In this document: positions 9,243-19,485 of the stretch, one piece after another
Numbering within the stretch: position 1 is the stretch's first letter
How the letters are laid out: every line of letters starts with the position of its first letter
Source: an uncultured Gammaproteobacteria bacterium
GTDB lineage: Bacteria > Patescibacteriota > Patescibacteriia > UBA9934
DNA: 64,000 nucleotides
Assembly: GCA_964355955.1 (NCBI GenBank)
Contig: CAYHFQ010000001.1
Location: forward strand, 39,419-103,418
Reading direction: 5' to 3'
Position numbers and translations under genes: made by a program
Notes under the pieces: generated by a model
What the model saw: only the letters and a program-made list of their open reading frames with translations
Told to the model about the DNA's origin: nothing
Database searches by the model: none

Positions 9243-9776
9243 ATGATACTTACTCAGCCTAAACACTTCGAGATTAAGACTTATTGGGACGGGAGGGCGT
9301 GCGAAGATGAGAAGTTGTGGGGTACGGTCGACCTCGAAGGGACGGAAGAGGGATTAAAGATGACGGCGACGCTGCCATGGCAAGATATGCCGAAGGTACC
9401 AGAGGTTGAGGAGGGAGAGAGGGTGGCGAACTTGTGGGAGTATGACGTGGTGGAGTGTTTTTTGGTGGGTAAGGAGAAGTATCTTGAGGTCGAGCTCGGG
9501 GCGGGTGGACACTGGTTGGTACTCGACTTTACGGCACCGCGGGTGAGGGATAATGCGTATGAAGATTTCCTGCCGACGCTTGAGTTCAAGCGGAACGTAG
9601 GCGATGGACGCTGGGAGTCCACGATAATTATTCCCTGGGAGATGGTGCCCGAGGGACTGCGTACAGCGAATGCGTTTGTGATTGTGGGTGAGAATTATTT
9701 GTGTGCAACTCCCCTGCCCGGCGAGAAGGCTGATTTTCACCAGCCGGGGAAATTTGAAAAGTTAATTATTACTTAA
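9243..9776 (+). CDS. Hypothetical protein, DOMON/CBM9-like
   Basis: [18 protein letters not shown] and C-terminal DFH motifs. Confidence 0.65.
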   Translation: MILTQPKHFEIKTYWDGRACEDEKLWGTVDLEGTEEGLKMTATLPWQDMPKVPEVEEGERVANLWEYDVVECFLVGKEKYLEVELGAGGHWLVLDFTAPRVRDNAYEDFLPTLEFKRNVGDGRWESTIIIPWEMVPEGLRTANAFVIVGENYLCATPLPGEKADFHQPGKFEKLIIT

Positions 9777-10261
9777 ACTGAATATATCTTTTTGCCGTGT
9801 TTTTCTACGAATGAGACTGGTATTTTTGGATTATTTATATCCTTTTCACCGTCATTATACCACTTCTCTTCCCATTTCTTATAATACTCTTCTAAAGCAT
9901 CTGGGGTTAATTGAAATATGGATTTGATTTCTATTCCTTCATAAATTGCGAATATCCAATCTACTTTGCGATATTTAGTGATAATGGAAGGATTCATGTG
10001 ATGGTGAGTTGAAAACGATTGTGTTAACTTGATGTTAACTGATTTTAATTCAAACTCATATCCATTCTGATCAACGGCATCGTTACCTTCTCTGCCTTCG
10101 AGATTAGATAAACTGGTCAGCAATAATACCTGAAGGAGTTTGCCACCATTATCCTGGAAAATGTCATCAATCCCATGGCGACTTGCTAAAGCTTGATATT
10201 CTCGTATGTACGGGAATAACCTGTTCATCTCTTTAATATCTGCTGCGAAATTTATTTTCAT
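9773..10261 (-). CDS. Type II restriction endonuclease, PvuII family (CAGCTG predicted)
   Basis: [47 protein letters not shown] match R.PvuII as I recall it. Confidence 0.93.
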   Translation of the reverse strand: MKINFAADIKEMNRLFPYIREYQALASRHGIDDIFQDNGGKLLQVLLLTSLSNLEGREGNDAVDQNGYEFELKSVNIKLTQSFSTHHHMNPSIITKYRKVDWIFAIYEGIEIKSIFQLTPDALEEYYKKWEEKWYNDGEKDINNPKIPVSFVEKHGKKIYSV

Positions 10262-10263
10262 AT

Positions 10264-10482
10264 TTAGGTAAATAGCTCCCACGACTCTACAGCGAGAGCC
10301 TTAGCAATTTTTTCTATATTATCGATTGACACATTCCTCTCCCCTCTTTCAATAGAACCAATGTAGGTACGATGTAAACCTGACATACTCCCCAAATCTT
10401 CCTGAGAAATATTTTTCAATAGCCTTATTTCCTTCAGCTTCTTTGAAAAAACAATCCTTAACTTTTGCGTGTTTGCTTTCAT
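10264..10482 (-). CDS. RM controller (C) protein, XRE-family HTH
   Basis: SQEDL...[29 protein letters not shown]; directly upstream of the REase. Confidence 0.92.
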   Translation of the reverse strand: MKANTQKLRIVFSKKLKEIRLLKNISQEDLGSMSGLHRTYIGSIERGERNVSIDNIEKIAKALAVESWELFT

Positions 10483-10501
10483 ACGTAAATATGATAATGT
10501 T

Positions 10502-11518
10502 ATGATGATTATGAATCTACAGACTTTAAGTAGCATCCCTTTCAATCCAGCATATACTACAAGACTAGGCCAAGCATTTTGCGCTGACTCTCTAGATATA
10601 CTAAAAGCGATGCCTGATAACAGTGTTAATTTAGTAATTACTAGTCCTCCGTTCGCTCTCTTAAGAAAAAAAGAATACGGAAATGAAAACCAAGATCAGT
10701 ATGTAGACTGGCTTGCTCAGTTTGCAAAAATTGTGCAGCGAGTTTTAACACACGATGGTAGCTTCGTAGTGGACATTGGTGGAGCCTATGAACAAGGCGT
10801 GCCAGTAAGAAGTCTTTATAATTTTAGAGTTTTGTTAAAATTTTGTGATGAAATAGGTTTTAATCTCGCCGAAGAATTTTATTGGTATAACCCATCAAAA
10901 TTGCCTAGTCCAATAGAATGGGTAAATAAGAGAAAAATAAGAGCTAAGGACTCAGTCAATACAGTTTGGTGGTTTTCAAAAACCAAATGGCCAAAGGCAG
11001 ATGTGCGAAAAGTTTTAGTACCATACAGTGACAGGATGAAACAACTTTTAAAAAACCCTGCCGCTTTCTATTCCCCCAGTAAACGCCCTTCTGGTCATGA
11101 TATAAGTAGTCGATTTGGTACTGACAATGGAGGAGCAATTCCTTCTAACTTATTACAAATATCGAATTCCGAATCCAATAGCCAATATCTGTCTTTATGT
11201 AAATTAATTGGTGAAAAGCAACATCCGGCTAGATTTCCCGTGCAATTACCAGAATTCTTTATAAAATTTTTAACTGAACCTAACGATTTTGTAGTTGATA
11301 TTTTTGCCGGATCAAATACTACTGGGCAAGCTGCGGAAAATCTCGGAAGACGCTGGTTATCAATAGATATGGATAACCACTATGTAGCTACATCGGCATT
11401 AAGATTCTTAAACAAACAAACATTAAAAAACGATGAGATTTTAGAAATCTTTAACAAAATTCTTGCAAAGGAGCAAGTGAACATATTGTCATCTTTAAAC
11501 AAAGAAACCTTACTATAA
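10502..11518 (+). CDS. N4-cytosine DNA methyltransferase, beta class (M.PvuII-like)
   Basis: ITSPPF, HPARFP, VVDIFAGSNTTG; divergent from C-R; exact start among 10502/10505/10511 uncertain. Confidence 0.92.
   Translation: MMIMNLQTLSSIPFNPAYTTRLGQAFCADSLDILKAMPDNSVNLVITSPPFALLRKKEYGNENQDQYVDWLAQFAKIVQRVLTHDGSFVVDIGGAYEQGVPVRSLYNFRVLLKFCDEIGFNLAEEFYWYNPSKLPSPIEWVNKRKIRAKDSVNTVWWFSKTKWPKADVRKVLVPYSDRMKQLLKNPAAFYSPSKRPSGHDISSRFGTDNGGAIPSNLLQISNSESNSQYLSLCKLIGEKQHPARFPVQLPEFFIKFLTEPNDFVVDIFAGSNTTGQAAENLGRRWLSIDMDNHYVATSALRFLNKQTLKNDEILEIFNKILAKEQVNILSSLNKETLL
10507..10532 (-). promoter_or_regulatory. C-box operator
   Basis: TACTtaaAGTC-TGTA-GATTcatAATC fits the C.PvuII-type GACTnnnAGTC-TGTA-GACTnnnAGTC double operator. 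Confidence 0.85.
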
Positions 11519-11521
11519 AAG

Positions 11522-12598
11522 TTACCCACCAATGCGGAAGTGGCAGACGTCGCCGTCGGCCATAATGTAGTCCTTGCCTTCAATACGGAGTTTACCAGCG
11601 TCGCGGGCGCCGGATTCACCACCGAGGGCGATATAATCGGCGTAAGAGATGACTTCGGCGCGGATGAAGTTCTTTTCGAAGTCCGTGTGGATGACACCGG
11701 CGGCTTGTGGGGCCTTCGTGCCTTCGTGAATGGTCCAAGCGCGGGTTTCAACTTCGCCGGTGGTGATGAAAGTCATGAGATGGAGCAACTTGTAACATTC
11801 ACGGATGACGCTATCGAGGCCAGATTCTTTGAAGCCAAGTTCTTGGAGCATCATGGCCGCATCTTCCGTCGACATGCCGGCGAGTTCGGCTTCAATTTTG
11901 ATGGAGATTGGGATGGCTAAGCGATTTGGACCGAGGGGAGAAGTCCAAGTACCGGAAGTAGCCACGTCTTCACTGACGTTGACGACGTAGAGAATTGGTT
12001 TATTGGTTAAGAGCATGATGCCTTGAACGGCGACCTTTTCCTCGTCGGTGAGATCCACGCTGAAGGCGAGGTGGCCGGCCGTGAGCGCGATGAACCATTT
12101 TTCCACGGCACTGGCTTGAGGGGCGAGATCCGTGTTTTTGCCGCCCTTCATTTTGTTAGCCAAGTTGTCGCGCATCTTCTCCACGGTCGCCAAGTCGGCC
12201 ATGGCTAGTTCGAGTTCGATAACCTCCACGTCGCGGAGGGGGTCGACGGAGCCATCAACGTGAGTGACGTCGTCGTTGATGAATTGACGGACAACGTGGA
12301 CAATCATGTCTGTTTCGCGAATATTGGAGAGGAACTTATTGCCCAAACCTTCGCCTTTGTGAGCGCCTTTGACGAGGCCGGCGATGTCCACGAATTCGAT
12401 GGCAGTTGGGATGATCTTGGTCGAGTTCGACATGTCAGAAAGTACCTTGAGGCGGGCGTCTGGGACTTCAACCACGCCGACGTTTGGTTCGATGGTGCAA
12501 AAGGGGAAATTGGCGCAATCGACCTGTTTTTTGGTCAAAGCTGTGAAAAGAGTGGATTTGCCCACGTTTGGGAGTCCGACGATACCGACATTAAGCAT
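11522..12598 (-). CDS. ychF: Redox-regulated ATPase YchF
   Basis: GIVGLPNVGKST, NFPFCTIEPN, DIAGLVKGA..GEGLGNKFL, TGS domain. Confidence 0.97.
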   Translation of the reverse strand: MLNVGIVGLPNVGKSTLFTALTKKQVDCANFPFCTIEPNVGVVEVPDARLKVLSDMSNSTKIIPTAIEFVDIAGLVKGAHKGEGLGNKFLSNIRETDMIVHVVRQFINDDVTHVDGSVDPLRDVEVIELELAMADLATVEKMRDNLANKMKGGKNTDLAPQASAVEKWFIALTAGHLAFSVDLTDEEKVAVQGIMLLTNKPILYVVNVSEDVATSGTWTSPLGPNRLAIPISIKIEAELAGMSTEDAAMMLQELGFKESGLDSVIRECYKLLHLMTFITTGEVETRAWTIHEGTKAPQAAGVIHTDFEKNFIRAEVISYADYIALGGESGARDAGKLRIEGKDYIMADGDVCHFRIGG

Positions 12599-12624
12599 AC
12601 TTTGGTGATAAAATTACTGGCCGA

Positions 12625-12653
12625 AGTGTAGCGGAATTATTGACAAATGCCAA
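12625..12653 (-). promoter_or_regulatory. ychF promoter TTGGCA-N17-TACACT
   Basis: Correct spacing; the CCGC-TACACTTCG block is shared with the rpsT promoter. Confidence 0.6.
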
Positions 12654-12723
12654 GTTTTGAGGTAATTTTTGCGGTTGCCACAACGGCAACAACTCTCCCC
12701 CACCCCTCACAACCGGAGTCTCC

Positions 12724-13920
12724 ATGTCCATGTTCCTTCTCCTCATCTCCTCGCTGGCCCTGGCCACCGATGCGCCGCTCAACTGGATCAAACCGGTCGA
12801 CCCGAACCTGAAGCCGTCCGCCGCGACGGTGGTAGTACTGATCAGCCGAACCCGTGTCGACGAGACCGCGCTCAACAACATCAACAAATGGCAAGCCGAC
12901 GGCTTCCTGCTGCTCGACGGCGAGCAGGCAACGAAGGGCCAGATCCTGGCCGGCCTCAACCAGGCCAAGCAGTACGGCCACGTCATCTTGAACGTGGATG
13001 AGCTGGGCATTGGTGGCGACTTCGGTGACCCGTTCGTGATGCCGTATGGGGCTGTCCCAGACGACGTGAATGGCGTGCTGCGGCCGAGCGAGATCATGAA
13101 GACCGTCCAAGGTAGTCAGGCCTGGGTGGCCGTGATCAGCAACACCATGAACAACGAAGTGACGAGCGGCGGCAAGGAGGCCTTCATCGGGCCCGATGCC
13201 AGCCAGTGGCTCGACGCTGCAGCAGAAGGCAGCAACGTGTTCGTGCTGACGGCTGGTACGTCGCAGAATCTCCCGAGTGCACCGTGCCAGGAGAACTTTG
13301 CTGCCATGCTGTGGGGCAACCTGGCGACACGCTACGCCACTGGCCACGATCTGAGCTTCTACGAGCTCGCGCAGACGGCCAAGGAGTTGACCAACATCAC
13401 GATCGTCAACGTGGTGAGTGGCTCGACCGTTTGCAACTTCACCCCCGAGGCCAAGTACCAGGGCAGCGTGACACCGAAGACGGTCATGCTGATCGGTAGC
13501 GGCGTGTTGCCCGACCCGGTGATCGAGCTGCAACCTGAGTTCACGCCAGTCGATCCAACGATCCCCAAGCTCAGCGTACCGATGACGTCGACACTCAACG
13601 AGGTGAAGCCGAAGTCGCGTTTGCCGAGTGTGATCGGGTTCGCGGCTGGCGGCGGATGCTTGGTCGGAGGTGCGGTCGAGTCCGTGCTATTCCTGAACGG
13701 CGTCAAACAGGCCAAGGAGACCTTCGCTAGTGACAACCTGACCGCCAACTTCAGCAGCGAGGCGGAGATGGACACGGCCTACGACGCTGCCGTGACCAAG
13801 CTCAGTGCGCAAGGCAATACGGCCATCGGGCTGTACGCCTGTGCTGGTCTCGGTGTCGGCCTCGGCACCACTACCCTGTTCCTTTCCGGCCACACGGTCG
13901 GCGTGACCACAGCGTTCTAG
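12724..13920 (+). CDS. Secreted protein with degenerate caspase-like (peptidase C14) domain and Gly-rich hydrophobic C-terminus
   Basis: Signal peptide, GGAG RBS, high GC3; LLLDGEQATKGQILAGL, FVMPYG, VFVLTA, FAAMLWGNL occur in C14 order. Confidence 0.6.
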   Translation: MSMFLLLISSLALATDAPLNWIKPVDPNLKPSAATVVVLISRTRVDETALNNINKWQADGFLLLDGEQATKGQILAGLNQAKQYGHVILNVDELGIGGDFGDPFVMPYGAVPDDVNGVLRPSEIMKTVQGSQAWVAVISNTMNNEVTSGGKEAFIGPDASQWLDAAAEGSNVFVLTAGTSQNLPSAPCQENFAAMLWGNLATRYATGHDLSFYELAQTAKELTNITIVNVVSGSTVCNFTPEAKYQGSVTPKTVMLIGSGVLPDPVIELQPEFTPVDPTIPKLSVPMTSTLNEVKPKSRLPSVIGFAAGGGCLVGGAVESVLFLNGVKQAKETFASDNLTANFSSEAEMDTAYDAAVTKLSAQGNTAIGLYACAGLGVGLGTTTLFLSGHTVGVTTAF

Positions 13921-13955
13921 TTCTCAGCGATGCCAACTGGCGTGCGCTGACAACA

Positions 13956-13998
13956 AAAGTCCCCTTTCACCGATTGGTGAGAGGGGGCTTCTTCGTTT
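13956..13998. terminator. Intrinsic terminator
   Basis: AAGTCCCCTTTCACC/GGTGAGAGGGGGCTT hairpin. Confidence 0.7.
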
Positions 13999-14004
13999 AG
14001 TTCA

Positions 14005-14031
14005 AGCGGGGCATGGTAACCCCGCCTATTA
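14005..14031. repeat. REP-like palindrome, copy 1 (intergenic, includes a stop codon)
   Basis: AGCGGGGCATGGTAACCCCGCCTATTA identical to 16698-16724. Confidence 0.85.
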
Positions 14032-16368
14032 AGGGGAGGTCGCTTCGGTCATTGGATCGAGTGGTGGTGGGAGCAGCTTGTCGGCTAAGCCTTGGCGGAG
14101 ACGAGAGAGGCGTGTTTTGACGAGCTCGTTATTTGGGTTGGCGTCGGCCACGGCTTGGACATGAGTTATGGCACCTTCGAGGTCGCCAGCGTTCTCGAGG
14201 ATGGTGGCCAAGTACCAATGAGCATCGGCGTAGTCGGAGCTGATATCGAGAACGCGGAGGAGTTCAGCTTTGGCGAGGTCATTCTTGCCTTGTTTGAGGT
14301 AGAGTAAAGCGAGTTGGACGCCGACACCGACATCGTTTGGATTTGATTTCCGAATAGCTTCGAGGCCCGCAATGGCGTCGGTTAATTTACCTTGGCGCTC
14401 GTAGACGCCGGCCAAGTAGTAGCCAGCCGGAGCATAGTCTGGCTTGAGTTTCTGGGCGGCGAGTAGAGCAGTGAGGGCTGAGTCCAAGGCTGAGAAACGA
14501 ACGAGTGTGGCTTTGGCGGCCAAGTCTTTGTCGGTGCCAGCCATGATGACTGCAGCCCCGTCGGCAGCAGCGAGATAGGCTTGAGCAACGTTGACGAGGT
14601 AACGAGGATTATTGGGAGCGAGTGATTGGGCATTTTGATAGGCAGCGAGTTCGAAAGAAACTGATTCAGGAAGAACTGGTGCGATTTCTTTGTAAGTGTC
14701 ACCGAGAATGACCCAGTTGGCAACGTTGCCACTGGCGAGTTCCGTGGCACGTTTAGCAGCATTGACGCTTGCGCCGACGAGTTGCTGAACGTAGGTTTGG
14801 TCAACGTCTGGCTGCTTCAGAGCAATAGCAGTTTTCTGCAAAAGAATGTGGGCGAGATTGCGATAGTAAATGTCGTTCCAGCGATTAATGACGGCGGCGC
14901 GGTCTAGTGTAGCAATAACGTCATCTGGATTGCCGCCTGTTTGACTGAGGGTGATGGCGCGTTGAAAAGATAGCTCGGCCAAATAGCGAGAACCGGCTAC
15001 GAAGAGTGTAGTGAAGAGGCCGAGGACGACGCAGACGGAGAGGAAGATGGCGACGAGGCCGGTGCGAGGAGATTGGTCAAAAGAAACTTCGTGCAATTTT
15101 TTGACGGAGAGTGAGGCGAGAATGGCAGAGAGAAGCCAGAAGCTGACGGATAAGGTGATGTTTGAGGAGATAAGGAACTGAGCCACGAAGAGCACGAGCC
15201 AAGCAGTGAGTGGTGCAATTATGATAGTTCGATTGGTGGTATGGCGGGAGCTGAAGAGGACGATGATGGCGCCGACCAGAATAGATAAGCAGATGAGCAA
15301 GTAGAAGCTGGTGCTAATGAGGCCGAGTATTGGGAGGAGAGTTAGGAAATACGAGCTGGCCGAGGAGAAAGTAGTGTCCCAGTAAGGTGTGGCGTTGATA
15401 GATGGTGAGTAGTGGGCGGCGTAGTCGAAACCGTAAGTGCCAGCACCGGAGCCGAAGAGGAGATGGTCGTGGAGGGTATTGGTGGCAATAGCGAGGCTAG
15501 CAGATTGAGTTGGGGCGATCTCTGGGGCGAAAGGACTACTGATGGGGCTCGGTAAAATAATAAAGATGAGGCTCAGTCCGAAGAGCAGCATGGGCAGGAC
15601 AAAGCGGCCGTGGTGCTTGAACTCGTTTGTCTTGATGAAGGCGATGAGGAAGAGGGAGCCGAGGCCGACGAGAGTGAGGAGCCAGAGAGGATTGTGGTCG
15701 AGAGCGAGGAGAGTGATGAAAGTTACAAGGGTTGTAATGCTAATAGAGGCGCGGACGATGAGGCCAGAGGGACCGCTCGGCAGTGAGGAGTGTGCGATGT
15801 CGGTTTGATCCGTTAACCAGAGGCCAAGACCGAGGGTCATCATGGCAATAAGATAGACGGCGAAAGTGTTGGCGCCACCGATGAGGGCTGGTATGAACTT
15901 AGCACCAAAGAAAGTTGGGAGAGCGAGCAAGGAAATGAGGGCGCTGCCAATGAGGAGAGCGGAGAGAAGGCGGCGAGTTTGACCCAGGGTTTTCAGAGAC
16001 TCGGCGCCGAGGAAGAAGAGCAGGCCGTACATGGCGAAGCTGAGGACGCTCGTGTATTCCTGCCCAGCTTGGCCCAGTAAGGATAAGTAGGGTGACTCGC
16101 GCAGGCCGGGAGTAATGAGTAGAGCAATGATGAGAAGACCAAAGAGTAAATAACTCCAGTCACGACGTAAACTTAGAGTGCGAGTTTGGATTATAGTGGC
16201 AGTTAAAGAGAGGCTCGCTAGGACGACGATGAGGACGAGGAGAGTTTGTTTAATGAGTTCACGCGGTTCGATGGTGAGGGGTAGATAGAGTAACGGTACG
16301 GCGACGGCCAAAATTAGGAACGCGGCAGACGTCCAGAGTTGGCTCAAACGGGCGAACGAAAATTTCAT
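14029..16368 (-). CDS. O-antigen-ligase-like polytopic membrane protein with C-terminal TPRs
   Basis: About 12 TM segments, LFGSGAGTY motif, TPR repeats. Confidence 0.8.
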   Translation of the reverse strand: MKFSFARLSQLWTSAAFLILAVAVPLLYLPLTIEPRELIKQTLLVLIVVLASLSLTATIIQTRTLSLRRDWSYLLFGLLIIALLITPGLRESPYLSLLGQAGQEYTSVLSFAMYGLLFFLGAESLKTLGQTRRLLSALLIGSALISLLALPTFFGAKFIPALIGGANTFAVYLIAMMTLGLGLWLTDQTDIAHSSLPSGPSGLIVRASISITTLVTFITLLALDHNPLWLLTLVGLGSLFLIAFIKTNEFKHHGRFVLPMLLFGLSLIFIILPSPISSPFAPEIAPTQSASLAIATNTLHDHLLFGSGAGTYGFDYAAHYSPSINATPYWDTTFSSASSYFLTLLPILGLISTSFYLLICLSILVGAIIVLFSSRHTTNRTIIIAPLTAWLVLFVAQFLISSNITLSVSFWLLSAILASLSVKKLHEVSFDQSPRTGLVAIFLSVCVVLGLFTTLFVAGSRYLAELSFQRAITLSQTGGNPDDVIATLDRAAVINRWNDIYYRNLAHILLQKTAIALKQPDVDQTYVQQLVGASVNAAKRATELASGNVANWVILGDTYKEIAPVLPESVSFELAAYQNAQSLAPNNPRYLVNVAQAYLAAADGAAVIMAGTDKDLAAKATLVRFSALDSALTALLAAQKLKPDYAPAGYYLAGVYERQGKLTDAIAGLEAIRKSNPNDVGVGVQLALLYLKQGKNDLAKAELLRVLDISSDYADAHWYLATILENAGDLEGAITHVQAVADANPNNELVKTRLSRLRQGLADKLLPPPLDPMTEATSP

Positions 16369-16374
16369 AGGCGA

Positions 16375-19300
16375 CTATGGTGTGGCTGGTGCTTCAGCGG
16401 CTGGAGCTGAGTCTACTGGCGCTGATTCGGCTACGGGCTCAGATGTAACGATAGGATCAGGGGAGGCTACTGGCTCGGCAAGAATAGTGGCGCCAACGGC
16501 TGGGTCGGTCGCTGCTACTGGTTCAGTTATAGTTATGGGATCGGCAACTGATTCAGGGACAGTAGTTGGTTCATCGACTACTACTGGAGCCTCGATTGGA
16601 GTCTCGGTGGTGACAGGCTCGGTGGTTGGAGCAGTGGTATCTGCCGATGGGTCGATTACTGGATTAGTCGAGCTCGGCGTGGAAACTGGCTCATCAGAGC
16701 GGGGCATGGTAACCCCGCCTATTAGATCCGCCTGGACAGGTTCGGTGGTGGCCGAGACTGGTGCGAAGTCTTTGTGGTAGGCCATGACTAACCAGTCGAC
16801 CTCAACGCCGTTTGAGTTATTGATGTCGCGGATAGTGAAGCCAGCGAGGTCGCGCTCGCTGATGTAGATTTGGCCGGTTAAGCCGGATGGGGTGGCAATG
16901 ACGCGATAAGGTGAGGTGTTACTAATGATGTCGGCGAACTGAGGGTCGACGTCGGCGAAGAGAATGCGAGCAATGCCGTTTTGGAGAGTTGATGTGCCGC
17001 TTAATTGAATGAGGTGCTGACGGCTCATGGTGGCGTAGGTTTCGACTGGCGCGCCGCTGTAGCCGGTAACTAGGCCGACGAGCTGACCGTGAGTGGTAAA
17101 ATCGCCGTTAGCGGATAATGACCAGGTGCTGCCGAGGCCTTGCAACGATGAGACAGCGAGAATGCGGCCGCCGTTCATGTTGAGCGAGCCGTCGACGTCG
17201 AGGGTGGAAGTATCCGTGAGACCGGAAACGGAATTATCGGCTGTGACGACCGGGTTAGCAGCGACAACTTCGGCTGAGGTGGCAGGGGCAGGAGCGGCAA
17301 CTGAACCACCGAACCACTGCGGTTGGACGAGCACACGGATGGTACCGGTGGAGGATGATAATGGCTCGAGGGCGTAACCGACTATACGGCCAGCGCCAAT
17401 GGCTTTAGCGCCGTAGCCGCTGGTAGTTGACGAGGCGGTGATAGGGTCACCGATATTGATGACTCCCCTGCTGTCGTCGACTAGGGTGTCGATCTGACCA
17501 ATTAAACCGACGAGACTGTAGTTTGAATTGTGTCGCAGGTCCTCCGAGCTATCGCCTACGTTATTACCAATAAAAGCAGGGTTTGTGGAGATGACGCCGA
17601 TAGGATTGGCTTGCCCAGGAGTACACTGAGTAACGTAATTATTATTAGCAGAATCCTGACAGACTACCTGTCCGCCACTCAAAGCCTCACTGTTGGTGGG
17701 AAAATATTCAGCTAAGTCAGCGCCGCCTCCGGTGAAAGCTCCGTCGGCATAGGCGTCACCACCAGTCGTGACACGGAAGGTTGTGACTGGTCCGGCGCGC
17801 AGAACAATGGCGTCGTCGGCGCTGCCGGCGTCACCGATGTCGATGGCCAAGGCGCTTTCGCCTGGGTCGTCGGCGATATGTGGCGCGGAGTGGGCTTGGG
17901 CGATGAAGATACCTTTAGCACATGGGCTGGCGGTGCAGCTGGTATTGTTAGCGTCTTGGACGACTACTAAAGCGTTACCGGTGCTAGTGGCGCTAGTGTT
18001 GTTTTGCGCAACGCTAAGCAAGGCGCCAGTAAAAGCCGAACCGGCATCGGCTCGAGTGATGGACATGCCAATACCGCTGGTGACGGAGTCGTTGATAAAA
18101 TGCTGACCGATGGTACCGGCAGTGGTGGCAATAGCGGTGTGAACGAGGTCACCGCCACTGAGGTCGAAGGCATCGGCATCGAGGTATGATAGGGAGCCAG
18201 TTGCTGAGGCGTTAGAGGCGTAGAAGGCAATGGTTGGATTATTAGTGTCACTCACGCCGTCACCAATACGCACTATGTTAGTGGCTTCGGTCACTGAGAA
18301 GGCAGCCGTTGTTGTAGTATTGCCGACGGCAAAGTTGTCGCCAGCAGTCACGTAGACCAAACCGGAGCCGTTTGGGGCCAGGGAAATGTCGCCACCTGTT
18401 GAAGAGAGAGCGAGGGCAGATGATGAAGTGACCGAGCCACCGTTGGCTGCCACGATGCCGGTAGTTGCGATATTGCCGTTACTGCCGATGGACCAATCGT
18501 TACCGCCGGTCAAAGTAAATAAAGTTGAAGCATGAGCGTTGCCAATGATGATAGTGTCCGCTTGTGTACCTTCTGTCGCGATGTTGATAGCGTCAGGACT
18601 GTCGGCTGAGGTACCGCCAATGTTGATGGTTTTGGTCGAGACACCGGCCGCGTTGTCGATGTTAAGAGTAGTGGCGGCAGAGGCGAAACTGAGTGTGGTG
18701 GCAGTTGAGGTCAGAAGGTTGAAAGTAGTGGCGCTAGTTGTGAAGTCTCCCCCATTAACTGCGAGGTCGCCTGTAGCCACGGTGTCGCCTTCAGCGTCGA
18801 CGGTAAATTTAGCTGTGCTAGTGACGGCGATGCCAAATAGAACGTCGTTGGCAGAAACGTCGGCAGTAGCTGGATTGACGAGCAATGAACCGTCAGCGTA
18901 GGTGGAGCCGTCTGGGTTACCAGTCAATTTAAGGTTACCAGCGCTTGAGAGAACTAGGGCGGCGGCTGTGGTGGCACCAACTTGAGTACTATCAAAACCA
19001 TCTAGCGTGTCGGAATTCATGGCGTAAGGAGCGGAAACGATTTGTTTGCGAGGGGTTAAAGATTCGCCTGCGACGGTAATGTCCAAGTAGAGAGTGGCAT
19101 TATTAGCAAAAACACTATCGGAAATAGCAGCGTAAGGAGTGCCGGCAGCGGTGTCGCCAAGATTTTCACTGAAGAGGCCGTCAGTTAGAGTTACAGTACG
19201 AGCCGTTGCAGCGGCACCAGAACTATTGCTGTTGGTCCAGACACATTCAGCGTCACCAGGACTACCAGTAGCAAGCGTGGTGTACAGAGCAAAGATCATG

Positions 19301-19485
19301 CTGACTGAAGCAGAACTGATTGGTACACCGTTAGCGTTTAATAAACGGCCCTGATAGTTAAGAATATTGGGGGCGGAGGCGGCGTGAACCTGGGAAAGAG
19401 TGAAACCGAAGAGGCCGGAAAATAATAAGATGGCCAGCAGTGAGCCAGCTAAGAATCGTCGCAATTGAAATGCGGCACGAGTCAT
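16375..19485 (-). CDS. Large secreted surface/fibre-like protein with acidic Pro-rich tail
   Basis: Signal peptide, LNYQGRLL..SAPYAMNSDTLDG, GADLAEYF...IGVIST...IVGYALE (peptidase G2/chaperone-like). Confidence 0.75.
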   Translation of the reverse strand: MTRAAFQLRRFLAGSLLAILLFSGLFGFTLSQVHAASAPNILNYQGRLLNANGVPISSASVSMIFALYTTLATGSPGDAECVWTNSNSSGAAATARTVTLTDGLFSENLGDTAAGTPYAAISDSVFANNATLYLDITVAGESLTPRKQIVSAPYAMNSDTLDGFDSTQVGATTAAALVLSSAGNLKLTGNPDGSTYADGSLLVNPATADVSANDVLFGIAVTSTAKFTVDAEGDTVATGDLAVNGGDFTTSATTFNLLTSTATTLSFASAATTLNIDNAAGVSTKTINIGGTSADSPDAINIATEGTQADTIIIGNAHASTLFTLTGGNDWSIGSNGNIATTGIVAANGGSVTSSSALALSSTGGDISLAPNGSGLVYVTAGDNFAVGNTTTTAAFSVTEATNIVRIGDGVSDTNNPTIAFYASNASATGSLSYLDADAFDLSGGDLVHTAIATTAGTIGQHFINDSVTSGIGMSITRADAGSAFTGALLSVAQNNTSATSTGNALVVVQDANNTSCTASPCAKGIFIAQAHSAPHIADDPGESALAIDIGDAGSADDAIVLRAGPVTTFRVTTGGDAYADGAFTGGGADLAEYFPTNSEALSGGQVVCQDSANNNYVTQCTPGQANPIGVISTNPAFIGNNVGDSSEDLRHNSNYSLVGLIGQIDTLVDDSRGVINIGDPITASSTTSGYGAKAIGAGRIVGYALEPLSSSTGTIRVLVQPQWFGGSVAAPAPATSAEVVAANPVVTADNSVSGLTDTSTLDVDGSLNMNGGRILAVSSLQGLGSTWSLSANGDFTTHGQLVGLVTGYSGAPVETYATMSRQHLIQLSGTSTLQNGIARILFADVDPQFADIISNTSPYRVIATPSGLTGQIYISERDLAGFTIRDINNSNGVEVDWLVMAYHKDFAPVSATTEPVQADLIGGVTMPRSDEPVSTPSSTNPVIDPSADTTAPTTEPVTTETPIEAPVVVDEPTTVPESVADPITITEPVAATDPAVGATILAEPVASPDPIVTSEPVAESAPVDSAPAAEAPATP
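16692..16724. repeat. REP-like palindrome, copy 2 (in frame inside CDS)
   Basis: Encodes IGGVTMPRSD on the minus strand. Confidence 0.85.
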
